This document shows, one piece after another, positions 39,980 to 51,258 of a stretch of DNA of 64,000 nt. Below the pieces are notes generated by a model, which saw only the letters and a list, made by a program, of their open reading frames with translations, was not told the DNA's origin and ran no database searches. Positions within the stretch are counted from its first letter, which is position 1. Every line of letters begins with the position of its first letter. The DNA is from an uncultured Verrucomicrobiae bacterium. GTDB taxonomy: Bacteria; Verrucomicrobiota; Verrucomicrobiia; Chthoniobacterales; UBA10450. The stretch lies in the NCBI GenBank assembly GCA_963726745.1, contig CAVSDR010000004.1, positions 312,687 to 376,686 on the forward strand, written 5' to 3'. The translations under genes and the position numbers were made by a program.

Positions 39980-41293
39980 TTAGGCAGCGCGCCGGCGCCA
40001 GAGGAAATACGCCGGCAGGCCGGCGGCGGCAATCGCCAGCCCGATGCTCGAGCGGATGGGGTCGTGCGCGAAAGTGCTGGCAACCACGAGCCATTCCGCG
40101 CCGATGAAAAGGAGCGTGCTCCACGGATGGAAGGGCACCGCGAAAGGAACCGCGCCGGGCTCGCGCCGGCGGAGAACGAAGAGGCAGAGCGCGGTCAGGC
40201 CAAAGAAGATCGAGTCCATCGCGACCACGTAATTCACCACCTGCGCATAGGTCCCGGTGAGCGCGATCACGATGGCCCAGAGCCCCTGGAGCGCGATCGC
40301 GAGCACGGGCGCCTGCGTGCGCGGATGGATCCAGGCGACGCTGCGGAAGAAGACCCGGTCTTGCGCCATGGCAAAGTAAACCCGCGGCGCGGTGAGCATC
40401 GATTGCGCGAGGAAGCCGAAGGCGGAAAAGGCGATCCCGGCGGCGATGAACTGCCCGCCGCGCGATCCGAAGACCGCCTGCATGACCGCGGAGGCGGGCG
40501 TGCTGCTGTGCGCGAGGCCGGCGACGCCGAGGCCGCGCAAGTAGGCGACATTGACCAAAGTGTAGACCGCGATCACGCCGACGACGCCGAGGATTAAACC
40601 GCGCGGCAAAGTCTTCCGCGGCTCGCGCACTTCCGCGGCGAGGAAGCTCGAGGTCTGCCAGCCGCCGTAGGCGAAAAGGATGGGCGTCATCGCCGAGCCG
40701 AAGACCAGGAGCAGGTGGCCGGTGCGCGCGCCGGCGACCGTTGTCTCCGCGACCGGCGGGACGAAGAAGCTGCAGACCACGAGCACGGCGATCGCGCCGA
40801 TGGCAGTGAGCGTGAGGATGGATTGCACGCGCGACCCGGCGCGCACGCCCAGGCAATTGACCGCGGTCAAAAGAGCCAGCGCGCTCACCGCCACGAAAGC
40901 ATCGGGCAACGGCCAATGCGTGAGCTCGAGAAAGTAGCGCGCGAAGGTGACCGCGACCGCAGCCATGCCGCCGGTTTGGATCACGAGCAAAAGCACCCAG
41001 CCGTAGAGGAAGGCGATCGCCGGATGGAGCGCCTCGCGCAGGTAGGCGTATTGGCCGCCAACGACCGGGAGGCGCGCGGCCAGCTCCGCGTAAATGAAGC
41101 CGCCGATGAGTGCGAGCAGGCCGCCGGCGATCCAGGCGGCGAGGATAAGGCCGCCATGCTGGAGCCGTTGCGCGACCAGGTAGGGATTAATGAAAATGCC
41201 GGCACCGATGATCCCGCCCATGACCGCCATGGTGGTGCCGAAGAGGCCGAGCTGCCGGGCGAGGCCGGACGACTCGTTAGGCGCGGTCGGCAT
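39980..41293 (-). CDS. APC family amino acid permease
   Basis: IIGAGIF, YAELA, FAYGGW; about 12 TMs. Confidence 0.9.
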   Translation of the reverse strand: MPTAPNESSGLARQLGLFGTTMAVMGGIIGAGIFINPYLVAQRLQHGGLILAAWIAGGLLALIGGFIYAELAARLPVVGGQYAYLREALHPAIAFLYGWVLLLVIQTGGMAAVAVTFARYFLELTHWPLPDAFVAVSALALLTAVNCLGVRAGSRVQSILTLTAIGAIAVLVVCSFFVPPVAETTVAGARTGHLLLVFGSAMTPILFAYGGWQTSSFLAAEVREPRKTLPRGLILGVVGVIAVYTLVNVAYLRGLGVAGLAHSSTPASAVMQAVFGSRGGQFIAAGIAFSAFGFLAQSMLTAPRVYFAMAQDRVFFRSVAWIHPRTQAPVLAIALQGLWAIVIALTGTYAQVVNYVVAMDSIFFGLTALCLFVLRRREPGAVPFAVPFHPWSTLLFIGAEWLVVASTFAHDPIRSSIGLAIAAAGLPAYFLWRRRAA

Positions 41294-41299
41294 TTCGAG

Positions 41300-42376
41300 C
41301 TACCAGCCGAGCGCAGTGCGCAGGTGCGGCACCAGGCGCTTGGTGAACTCGACCGAGTCGCCCGCAGAGAGGTGCGACATTTCCGGACAGGTGAAACCGG
41401 CCAGCTCAGGATAGTCTTCGAAGTAGATGCCGGGCGCGCCGGTCTGCGCGAGCAGCGGGTCCCACGATTTCGCGCGCGGCGTGGCCCGGTCTTCGTGCTC
41501 CTTCAATTCGCCGGAAACCGGGAAGCGGACGAAGACCACTTTTCCGCCGCGCGCGCGCAATTTCTCGACCGCACCTTGCGTGTTTCGAGAGCGCGCGGCC
41601 AAGGCCGCCTGCATCCCCGCGGCAAACTTCTCCGGCGGCACGTAGCGCGGTGGCGGCGGCGGGGTGAAGAGGCGCAGCCAGCCGTTGCGCACGCGGTCCT
41701 GCAGACGGCCGGGCTGGGCGCATTGCTCGACCATGCGTGCGCGGCGTTCGCGATCGATCGAGCAAAAATAGGGCGGCAACCGCGGAGGAACCAAGGCCTC
41801 GGGGCGATCAGGCAGCGGGATCTCTTTCAAGAGTGCTTCGAGCGTGAGGTCATCCTGCTTCAAGAAAGCAAAGCTTCGCTCGAGCGGGACCGAGAGCTGG
41901 TGGCTGACGCGTTGCGCCCAGGTCTGGCCATGGTAGCGGCTGACCGCTTTCTCGCTCCGCTCCACCAGCGGGCCGCCTGGGGCGAAAAACATCAGCGGAA
42001 CCACGCTGCAAATGACGGTGCCGTGGAAATGCAGGTCGTCGGCTAAATCCTGGAGCACGGGGTAAACGGAACTGCCGGCCAGGGCGAGCTGCACCGGACG
42101 TTTGCCGAGGCCTTGCTCGAGCTCGTCGAGGTCGAGATCGAACCAGGCGCGCGAATCGCCAATGATCACGATCGACTCCGGCTCGACCCGCCGACGCGCT
42201 TCCACCCAAAGATCGGCGGTGTCGTTCAAGGTCGGCTCGTAGCCTAACGAGCGCACGTAGACCTCCCAGGCGGCGACCGCGACGAGCAGAAACGCGATCA
42301 CGCTGACAATCATCCCGCGCCACGGGAGCTCCGGGATTACGCGCTGGAATTCAGAATTGGAAATAGATGAAGGCAT
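41300..42376 (-). CDS. Membrane-anchored protein with GDS motif, probable SGNH-like partner of the MBOAT
   Basis: N-terminal TM, IIGDSR, C-terminal EMSHLS; overlaps the MBOAT stop. Confidence 0.6.
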   Translation of the reverse strand: MPSSISNSEFQRVIPELPWRGMIVSVIAFLLVAVAAWEVYVRSLGYEPTLNDTADLWVEARRRVEPESIVIIGDSRAWFDLDLDELEQGLGKRPVQLALAGSSVYPVLQDLADDLHFHGTVICSVVPLMFFAPGGPLVERSEKAVSRYHGQTWAQRVSHQLSVPLERSFAFLKQDDLTLEALLKEIPLPDRPEALVPPRLPPYFCSIDRERRARMVEQCAQPGRLQDRVRNGWLRLFTPPPPPRYVPPEKFAAGMQAALAARSRNTQGAVEKLRARGGKVVFVRFPVSGELKEHEDRATPRAKSWDPLLAQTGAPGIYFEDYPELAGFTCPEMSHLSAGDSVEFTKRLVPHLRTALGW

Positions 42377-43772
42377 TGCTGCTTCCCTGCGTGAGGATGA
42401 GCGCCGCGGCCATGAAGGCCCAGGCCGCGGTCACGACCCAGCGCGGCAGGCGCGCGACCGCTTCTTCGATGGAAATCTCGCGCAGCGACCAGTGCGCGAG
42501 GAGGAGGAACAAAGTCACGAGCCCCACCTGCAAAAGCTCGCGCGTGCTCAGGATGGCTTCGCCAGTGGCATTTGCGCCGACCATTCCGTGGACCAGCCGC
42601 CCGGCTGCTTCGAAGCTGGAGGCGCGGAAGAAAACCCAGGCCACCAGGACCGCGACGTAGGTCACGAGGCCGAGCAAAAGTTTTCCGCCCAGCGTCCCGG
42701 CCCAGCGCGGTTCGCCGCAGAGGAAACGCACGAGCCGTTCGACCACCAGGTAAAGCCCATGCAGCAAACCCCAGACGACAAAGGTCCAGGCAGCGCCATG
42801 CCAGAGACCGCCGATGAACATCACGATCACCAGATTCACCAGCGCGCGCGCGGCGCCGGCACGGTTTCCACCCAGCGGGATGTAGAGGTAATCGCGCAGG
42901 AAAGTAGAGAGCGAGATGTGCCAGCGTCGCCAGAAATCCGAAAAGCCGACGGCCGCGTAAGGGAAGCGGAAGTTATCGCGCAGATGGAAGCCGAGCGTGA
43001 GCGCAGTCCCAATGGCGCAGGTCGAGTAGCCGGCAAAATCGAAAAAGATCTGCCCGGAAAACGCAATCACGCCGGCCCAGGAATCGAGCGCCACCAGCGG
43101 CCCGGCGTAGCTGAAGACGCGATCGGCCGCGCCCGCGAGCATGGTGTCGGCTAAAACCACTTTCTCGAACAGCCCCAGCGTCATCAGGAGCAGGCCCCAG
43201 AGGAAACGGTTCGTGTTCGGCGCGGGCGGCGCCTTCAGTTGCGGGAGGAAATCGCCTGCGCGCACGATGGGGCCGGCAACGAGCTGCGGAAAGAATGAGA
43301 CCGCGAGGGTAAAGTCGCGCAGCGAGCGCGTCGGGCGCATGACTCCGCGGTAGATATCGAGCGTGTAGGAGAGCGAGTGGAAGGTGTAAAAGGAGATGCC
43401 GATCGGCAGAAAGATATCGAGGTGCGGCGGCTGGTAGACGATCCCGCCGCGGGCCAGGGCCCACTGGAAATTTTCCAGGAGGAAATTCCCGTACTTAAAG
43501 AAGCCGAGCATGCTCAGGTTCGCGGTCACGCTCAGGACCAGCCAGATTTTGCGCGCCTTTCCCGGCTCGGCTTTGCCCATTTGCCGGCCGAGGTAGAAGT
43601 CGAGCGCGGTGGTGGCGAAGAGGAGCCCGGCGAAAGGCGGATTCCAGGCGCCGTAGAAGATGTAACTCGCGACCAGGAGAAGATTCTTCCGCCCTTCCCA
43701 CGAGCGCATGAGCCAATAGGCGCTCACGACCACGGCGAAGAAAACGACGAAGGTGAGCGAGTTAAAAAGCAT
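42351..43772 (-). CDS. MBOAT family O-acyltransferase (AlgI/DltB-like)
   Basis: PIGISFYTF, FFPQLVAGPI, DFWRRWHISLS, GLWHGA, FIYFQF. Confidence 0.92.
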   Translation of the reverse strand: MLFNSLTFVVFFAVVVSAYWLMRSWEGRKNLLLVASYIFYGAWNPPFAGLLFATTALDFYLGRQMGKAEPGKARKIWLVLSVTANLSMLGFFKYGNFLLENFQWALARGGIVYQPPHLDIFLPIGISFYTFHSLSYTLDIYRGVMRPTRSLRDFTLAVSFFPQLVAGPIVRAGDFLPQLKAPPAPNTNRFLWGLLLMTLGLFEKVVLADTMLAGAADRVFSYAGPLVALDSWAGVIAFSGQIFFDFAGYSTCAIGTALTLGFHLRDNFRFPYAAVGFSDFWRRWHISLSTFLRDYLYIPLGGNRAGAARALVNLVIVMFIGGLWHGAAWTFVVWGLLHGLYLVVERLVRFLCGEPRWAGTLGGKLLLGLVTYVAVLVAWVFFRASSFEAAGRLVHGMVGANATGEAILSTRELLQVGLVTLFLLLAHWSLREISIEEAVARLPRWVVTAAWAFMAAALILTQGSSNAFIYFQF

Positions 43773-43899
43773 CGCGAGCGCTCTGCGTAACAAAGCGCGC
43801 GGGAAAGCTCAAGCCTCCTGAGGTAATCCTCCGCGAGAGGCTGCGCGTAAGGAGGCTGCGCGAGCCTTCCTCCGGCTAACGAGCGGTTTTCCCCAGGAG

Positions 43900-44691
43900 C
43901 TACTCGCCGGCAGTGCTCTCGCGGGCGGCGCCGGGCTGCCAGCCATGCGATTGCCAAAAATCGCGCACGTCGCCGGGCGAACCGTTGAAGATATTGCGCT
44001 CGGCTTTCGGAATGTTCGCGCTGCGAATCGGGTGGGTCCGCCGCGGGAGATCGCAGACCCCGTCGCCGGTATACTGCCACATGGTCCAGCGCGACCAGGG
44101 CGCCACGTTCACCGGCTGGTAGTGGTAATTCGCCACCCACAGCCAGCAACTGCGCAGGACGCTCTTTTGCTCCGCGGTCACCTTCGGGTTGTTCAAGATC
44201 GCCTTGATCCGGTTCTCGCCGGAGTAGAGCCCGGGATACTCGCCCGTGCGGTGCTTGATCCGCCGGATGAACGCGACCGCCTGCGGCACGGTCATGGTCC
44301 CGCCGGGGTAGTGCCGGTTCACCTCGAAGTCGAGCACGAGCAAAACCTCGCGCGGCCGGGCCGACGGCGCCGAAGCGCGCCAGGCGGCTTGCACCGTCTC
44401 GAGGAAAAAATCGGCCTGCCGCACGGGGTCGCTCGCGTTTGCGAAATGATACGCGCCCCAGAGCAACCCGCTCCGCGTGGCCGCGCGCTGACGCTCGGCG
44501 TATTTGTCGTCGCGCACATTCCGCGGGTAGGTCGCCTCGTGGATCACGCCCACGATCCCCTGCTCGCGCATGCTCTCGAAATCGACCCGCATGAGATCGT
44601 AATGCGAGAGATTGACCACGCTGTTCGCCGCCTGGGCGGAGAGCGGAAGCAAAGTGAGGAGCAGGAGAGCGCGGCCGAGGTTCATCATCAT
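43900..44691 (-). CDS. Glycoside hydrolase family 25 (lysozyme-like), exported
   Basis: WGAYHF, LVLDFE, WLWVANY, WTMWQYT. Confidence 0.8.
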   Translation of the reverse strand: MMMNLGRALLLLTLLPLSAQAANSVVNLSHYDLMRVDFESMREQGIVGVIHEATYPRNVRDDKYAERQRAATRSGLLWGAYHFANASDPVRQADFFLETVQAAWRASAPSARPREVLLVLDFEVNRHYPGGTMTVPQAVAFIRRIKHRTGEYPGLYSGENRIKAILNNPKVTAEQKSVLRSCWLWVANYHYQPVNVAPWSRWTMWQYTGDGVCDLPRRTHPIRSANIPKAERNIFNGSPGDVRDFWQSHGWQPGAARESTAGE

Positions 44692-44812
44692 CGGCGCGCA
44701 CTTTAGCCGACACCTTCTCCGCGACAAATGCCCCGCGATTGAACGCGCCGCGCGCGTCGCGGTCAATCGATGGACAATGCCGCGCGATGCGGCAGCTTCG
44801 CTTCTCTCCCGC

Positions 44813-46218
44813 ATGAAACGTTTCCTCTCCCTCGCGCTCCTTCTCGCCGCCATTGCACTCGTTAGGGCGGAGGAACCGCCGGCGAAAGTCCCCGGTTTCG
44901 CTTTCGTGAAAACCGTCGGCCCGATCTCGGAGTACACGCTCGAAAGCAACGGCCTGCAGGTCCTGCTCTACCCGGAGCACTCCAGCCCCACGCTCACTTT
45001 CATGGTGACCTACCGCGTCGGCTCGCGGAACGAAGTCACCGGCACCACCGGCGCGACCCACCTGCTCGAGCATCTCATGTTCAAGGGCTCGCCGAATTTC
45101 AACGACGCCAAGGGCAATAGCGTCAAGCAACTGCTCGAGCGCATCGGCGGGGTCTACAACGCCACCACTTGGCTCGACCGGACGAATTACTTCGCCAACA
45201 TCGGCAACGAACAGCTTGAGCCTTACATCGCGGTGGAAGCCGACCGGATGCGCAACCTCTCGCTGCGCGAAGAGGACCGGAAGCCGGAGATGACGGTGGT
45301 GCGGAACGAATTCGAGATCGGCGAAAACGATCCCGCGCAATCGCTCGAAAAGGAACTCTACGCGGCGGCCTTCATGGCCCATCCCTATCACCATTCGACC
45401 ATCGGCTGGCGGAGCGACATCGAGCATGTGCCGATCGAAAAGCTGCGCGCGTTTTACAATACCTTCTACTGGCCGAACAACGCCACCGTTTCGCTTATCG
45501 GCGATTTCGACCCGGCGAAGGCGCTCAACCTGGTGAAGAAATACTACGGCGCGATCACGAAATCGCCCGAGCCGATTCCGCAAGTTTACACCGAGGAACC
45601 CGCGCAAACTGCCCCGCGCCGGGTCGCCGTGAAACGCGCCGGCGAACTCGGCGTGGTCGCGGTGGCGCACAAGGTGCCGCCCGGATTGCATCCCGACAGC
45701 GCGGCGCTCTCGATTCTAAACAGCATTCTCACCTCCGGCAAAAACAGCCGCTTCTACAAGTGCGCTCACGGATAAGAATCTCACCACCGGGCGTGAGCGT
45801 CAGCGGCGGGCTCTTTCACGATCCCTCGCTCGATATCATCTACGCCAGCCTCGCGCCCGGAAGCACGCACGAGCAGGTGGAAAAAATCATCCGCGACGAG
45901 CTCGAGCGCGTGAAAAAGGAAGGCGTCACCGAGGGCGAAGTCGCGGCCGCGATCGCGCAAACCCTGGCGAGCACCGCCTACCATCGCGACGGCTCGTTTG
46001 CCATCGCCGGCGTGCTCAATGAGTACATCAGCGCGGGCGACTGGACGAAATACGTCACTGGCGACGAGGAGATCAAAAAGGTGACGCCGGCCGAGGTCCA
46101 GCGCGTTGCGCAGAAATATCTCGACGAAGACCAATCGACCACCGGCTGGTTCCTCCCGCAGCCCACCGCCGCGCCGCCGCCGCCGCCTAACGAGACCAGC
46201 AGCCCGGAGAAAAAATAG
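44813..46218 (+). CDS. M16 zinc peptidase, catalytic subunit; frameshift near 45770
   Basis: HLLEHLMFKG (HxxEH), NATTWLDRTNY, HPYHH. Confidence 0.9.
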
Positions 46219-46226
46219 CCGACCAC

Positions 46227-47555
46227 ATGAAACGCATCCTTTTTCTCCTTCTGCTTCTCAGCGCCGCGTCCCTCCAGGCCGCGGCCAACATCGCCGACAA
46301 AGTCGTGCGCGCGAACGTCGCCGGGATCGATCTCCTCGCCTACCCCACCGGCGTCGACCAAGTCGTAACTTTCCGTGGTTCCCTTCCCGCGGGCGACAGT
46401 TTTGCGGGCAGCGGGAATGTCGCCATTCCCACGCTCGTCGGCGAGATGCTCGACGAAGGCACGGCCAAGCAGGACAAGTTTGCGATCGCGCAAAAGCTCG
46501 ACAACCTCGGCGCGCGCATCCGTTTCTCCGTCGGCGGAGTGATGCTCGAGTTCGGTGGCAAATGCTTGCGCAAGGATTTGCCGGAAGTGATCGCCATCCT
46601 CGCCGAGGAACTGCGCACGCCCGCTTTTCACGAGGCCGAGTTTGCCAAGGCCAAAAAGCAGCTTGCCGGGCAGATGCAGCGCGCGCTGGAGAACCCCGAT
46701 TTCCGCGCCGGCCAGGCTTTCGCCGAGGCGGCGTTTCCCGTGGGCCACCCAAATTACACCCCGCCGACGAAGGAATTCATCGCCGCGATCCAAAGCGCCA
46801 CGCTTGAAGAAGTGAAGCAGTTCTACGCTCAGCATTACGGTCCCGCGAAGGCCACGCTCGTGGTCGTGGGCGATGTCGACGTGAAGCAACTCCAGGAAGC
46901 GGTCGCGCAGAACTTCGCCGGCTGGAATGGCGGCGTGCCCGTGCCAGACTTCCCCGCGGCGCCATTGCCTAACGAGCAGAAGGAGCAGGTCATTCCCATG
47001 CCGGATAAGCCGAACGTCTCCGTGGTCATCGGCCAGCCGAGCGGGATGAAATACACCGATCCCGACGCGCTCGCGCTCCGCCTCGGCACGACCGTGCTCG
47101 GGCGCGGTTTCACCGGCCGGCTCATGAGCACGGTGCGCGATAAAGAGGGCCTGACCTACGGCATCGGCGCCGGGCTTTCGGCCGATTCCTTCGCCACCGG
47201 CACCTGGCAGATCGGCGCCGATTTCGCCCCGGAACTGCTGGAGAACGGCCTGGCTTCCACCCGGCGAGAGCTGGACAAATGGTATCGCGACGGCATCACC
47301 GCGGCGGAGTTGGAACGGGTCAAGACCTACCTCGTCGGCAGCTTCAAGGTCGGCCTCGCGACTACCGATGGTTTAGCCAGCACTTTGCTGGAAGCGATCC
47401 ACCGCGGTCTCGACCCTTCCTGGCTCGACCAATATCCCGGGCGCATCGAGCAGCTCTCGTTAGCTGAAGTCAACGGCGCAATCAAAAAGCACCTCGCGCC
47501 GGAGAAGATGATCGTGATCAAGGCCGGCACCGTGCCCGCGCCGCCCGCGCCCTGA
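46227..47555 (+). CDS. M16 peptidase-like non-catalytic subunit
   Basis: No HxxEH; GRLMSTVRDKEGLTY motif; adjacent to the catalytic subunit. Confidence 0.85.
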   Translation: MKRILFLLLLLSAASLQAAANIADKVVRANVAGIDLLAYPTGVDQVVTFRGSLPAGDSFAGSGNVAIPTLVGEMLDEGTAKQDKFAIAQKLDNLGARIRFSVGGVMLEFGGKCLRKDLPEVIAILAEELRTPAFHEAEFAKAKKQLAGQMQRALENPDFRAGQAFAEAAFPVGHPNYTPPTKEFIAAIQSATLEEVKQFYAQHYGPAKATLVVVGDVDVKQLQEAVAQNFAGWNGGVPVPDFPAAPLPNEQKEQVIPMPDKPNVSVVIGQPSGMKYTDPDALALRLGTTVLGRGFTGRLMSTVRDKEGLTYGIGAGLSADSFATGTWQIGADFAPELLENGLASTRRELDKWYRDGITAAELERVKTYLVGSFKVGLATTDGLASTLLEAIHRGLDPSWLDQYPGRIEQLSLAEVNGAIKKHLAPEKMIVIKAGTVPAPPAP

Positions 47556-47644
47556 TTACGTTAGCCTAACGAGTCGTCGCTTGTTGAATTGACTCGACTG
47601 CCCGCGGGTCGCTAGGCTGGCGCAGTCAGCGGAGGGAACAATCT

Positions 47645-50600
47645 ATGAACGAGCGCGATTTCCTGGCGCAGTTGGAAGCGGCCAATACCGAAGAGCTGGC
47701 GCAATTGCTCCGCCGGCCGAGCGCGGAGGAAGAGCGGCTGCTCGAGATTTACTTCGGCGCGGAGCGGCTCCGGCGCCTGCGGCAAGTGGCGCGTTCCTCG
47801 CAGCGCCGCGCGCTCAGCCGCGGGAACGTGGTCGTGCTCCACGGGATCATGGGCGGCGAGCTCACGGTTTTTCCGGCGAACGAAAAGAGCCAGCACATTT
47901 GGATGAACATCCCGCGCCTGGTCCGGGGCGCGGTCGGCTGGCTGCGCATGCGGGACGATTTTTCCTCGCAGTTCGAGATCCGGCCCACCGGGATGATCAA
48001 GAAATACTACGCCGAGCAGCTCCTGGGTTTGGCCGCCGGCGGCTGGAGCGTGCTCGGGATTTACTATGACTGGCGGCTCGACCTCGCGCTCGTGGCCGAT
48101 GGCGTGCGCCGGCAAATAGACAGCTTTTTCGGCCCCACGGCGCCGGTCAACCTGGTGGCGCACTCCATGGGTGGGCTGGTCTCACGCACCTACATCCAGC
48201 GCCATCCGGACCGCTGGAAGCGCGGCGGACGACTCGTTATGCTGGGCACGCCGAATCACGGATCGTTCGCCATTCCGCAGGTGATCACCGGCGCCTACGA
48301 TACCATCCGCAAGCTCGCCCTGGTCGATCTCTCGCATAACCTCCGCGACCTCTGCGCCATCCTGAATGGCTTCCCCGGTTCGCTCGAAATGCTCCCCTCG
48401 CCCCTGCAAATGCCGGCGATGGAACGGATGTATGACGCCAAGCTTTGGGCGCCGTGGAATCTCCCGCAGCGCATCCTCGATCTCGCGCGCAAAAGCCACG
48501 AACGCCTCGCGCCGATCGTCGATGGCGCGCGCATGTCTTACATCGCCGGTTGCAACCAGGTGACGAAAGTGGGCGTGCGCGATTGGAACCGCCTCGACCG
48601 CGCCGACAGCTACACCGACTCGATGGCCGGCGACGGGACGGTGCCGCACGCGCTCAGTTTTCTCGAGGACGGCGGCCAGCGCATCCCGACGTATTTTGTC
48701 GCAATGTTCGCACGGGGCGCTGCCGAATCGCGCGGAGGTGATCGCGGCCACACTGCAGATTCTCGACCGGGGAAAATGCGACCTGCCCACTTCCGTGCCG
48801 ACGCCGCGCGGGCTGCGCTCGGCCACCGCCAGCGCGGAGGAAAAACGCGCGCGCGAACTCGCGGAGGAAGAGCGGCTGGAGGATCTGTCGCGCCGCGTGC
48901 GCACGCGCTCGCGCGCAGTCGTGGAGGTGCACCAAACACCGCTTTCAGCCGACGAGATGGAGGCCAACGCGCTTCTGGTGCGCAGTTTCCTGGAGGACGA
49001 TTCCGGCAGCGCCGGTGCCGATTTCGCCGAGCCCGCCGACCGCGCGGAGGACGAAGCCCAAGCCGCGGCCGCCGAAGAAGGAGCCAGCCCCGTCGATCGT
49101 CCTCGAGCTGGTGCGCGGGGGAATCCAGGAGTTAGACAGCACTTTGAAAGCGGATGCGCTCGCGGTGGGGCATTACGTGGCCGTGGCGCCGCAAAACGCC
49201 GAGCTCGCGATCGATCGCGCGATCAGCGCCGCGCTCGGCACCCCGGACGATCTCTTGATTACCGCGCTCTGCCGCCGCGGCTCGGTCGTGGGCGAGCTGG
49301 CGCAAAATTTCCTCCTGCCCGACCCGCGCGTGCCCGGCCGCGTGATCGTGCTCGCGGGCATGGGGCGGCCTGGAACTTTTCGCGAAGCCGAGCTCACGCT
49401 GCTCGTGCGCGAGCTCATCTGGATGCTCGGGCGCACGGGCAAGCAGCGGCTGGCGACCGTCCTCATCGGCGCCGGCGCGGGCAACCTGGAAACCGCGGAT
49501 GCCGCGCGTGGCTGGGTGCGCGGGATCCGGCGCGCGCTCTACGATGCGCAGGCCAGCGGCCAGCCGCGGCTCGAGCGCGTGACCTTTGTCGAATACTCCG
49601 AGCTCAATTTCCTGCGGCTGCATTACGCACTCGAAAATGCCGGCAGTTTCCTCGCGGATGATCCGGCGGCACCGCTCACGATCGACTATCGCGGGCCCGA
49701 TGCGGCTGCGATCCGGCGTTCGAAAAAAGCCGCCGAGCGCGCGGTCGCCGCGGCCAGCGTGCGCGAATTGCACCGCTCCTTTGCCCTGCGCACCGGCAGC
49801 GGCCCGGACCCGACGCCGATCCGCCTAACGATTCAATTACAGGGCGACGTCTTCCAGTTTGCCGCGCTCACGCACGAGGCCTCGGTGCCGCAACGCGAGA
49901 CGCGGATCGACCCGCGACTGGTCGAGGAGGCGAACGATCTCCTACCGGCCGCGACCACCCTGGAGGAGCAACTCAACCACGGCCATCTGCTCGGGCGTTT
50001 GCTCCTCCCGCCGGACCTGCGCGAGCTGATCGCGCGCGAGCATTTGCCGGTGGTGCTGGCGCTCGACCGCACGACGGCGGCGATCCATTGGGAAATGCTC
50101 GCGCTCGCGGGCGCGGAGGCCTTCGCGGAGTTCGATCCCGAGCGCTTCCTCGGCACCGGGCTGGGCGTGACCCGGCAACTGCGGACCACCTTCGCGCAAC
50201 TCCCGGAGCCGCCGATGATGACCGGCCGCCCGCTGCGCGTGCTCGTGGTGGCCGATCCCGCAGAGGACGCGCCGCTCCCGGGCGCGCAGGAGGAAGGCGA
50301 AGCGGTCGCGGCGATCTTCGAGGAGTTCGGACGCTTCGCCGCGCGCGAGGTGGAAGTGGTGCGGCTGCTCGGGCCGCGACAGGCCACGCGCGTGACCGTG
50401 CTCGACCAACTGGTGAACCATCGCTTCGACCTGCTCCATTTCTCCGGGCACTGCTTTTACGATCGCGAGACGCCGCGCAAATCCGGCTGGATCTTTACTG
50501 GCCACGAAGTGCTGAGCGCGGATGAATTGAGCCGGGTCGATCGCGTGCCGCGCTTCGTTTTCTCAAACGCCTGCGAAAGTGGCGTGGTCCCGGACCAGCG

Positions 50601-51000
50601 GAGCGCGCTCCTCGCGCCGAGTTTCGCGGAAGCGTTCTTCGCGCGCGGCGTGGCAAATTTCATCTGCACCGCGTGGCCGGTGGACGACACCGCCGCGCTG
50701 GAGTTTGCACGCCGCTTTTATCGCGGCGTGCTCGGCTTGAGCGGGACCGGCGCGGTCGCGGAATCGCTCTTCGAAGCGATGCGCGCCGCGCGGCAGGAGA
50801 TCGCGCGGCTCGGGCCCGGCGGACTGCAAACCTGGGGCGCTTACCAGCATTATGGCGACCCGAATTTGCGCTTCGTCCCGCGCGGCGAAGATGCCGTCAA
50901 AACTCCCGCGCCGTCGCGGAAATCGTCCCGGAAGAAAGCGCCGGCAAAGAAGTCGCCGGCTCCACGCCGCCCGCGCCGCCGCCAGAAGAAGAAATCCTGA
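47645..51000 (+). CDS. Alpha/beta-hydrolase (lipase-like) - CHAT (caspase-like) fusion; frameshifts near 48700 and 49060
   Basis: LHGIMG, VAHSMGGL, LGTPNHGS, GDGTVP, HGALP; then LLHFSGH, FSNACES, WPVDD, WGAYQHYGDP. Confidence 0.78.
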
Positions 51001-51031
51001 GCCCGGCGTGTCTCCTGCTTCCAGCAGGCTC

Positions 51032-51247
51032 ATGACCCTCGTTCTCCTGGAGAAAAAATTTAGTCAGCGCCTCGCGGATAACACCGACCTGGTCGATGGC
51101 TTCAACAACGCCCTCGACCAAAGCTACAGCGCGATCCGCGACGCGGCCGCGCGCGAATGGCAGCGGCGTTTCGGCGCCAGCGACCCGAGCGATGCCTGCG
51201 TGAGCGTGCGCATCACCGGTTTTGGCTCGCGCACCCTCGCGGCCTAA
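51032..51247 (+). CDS. Small hypothetical protein (71 aa)
   Basis: ATG 32 nt after the CHAT stop; natural-looking composition; fills the gap. Confidence 0.55.
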   Translation: MTLVLLEKKFSQRLADNTDLVDGFNNALDQSYSAIRDAAAREWQRRFGASDPSDACVSVRITGFGSRTLAA

Positions 51248-51258
51248 CGACTCCCCGT

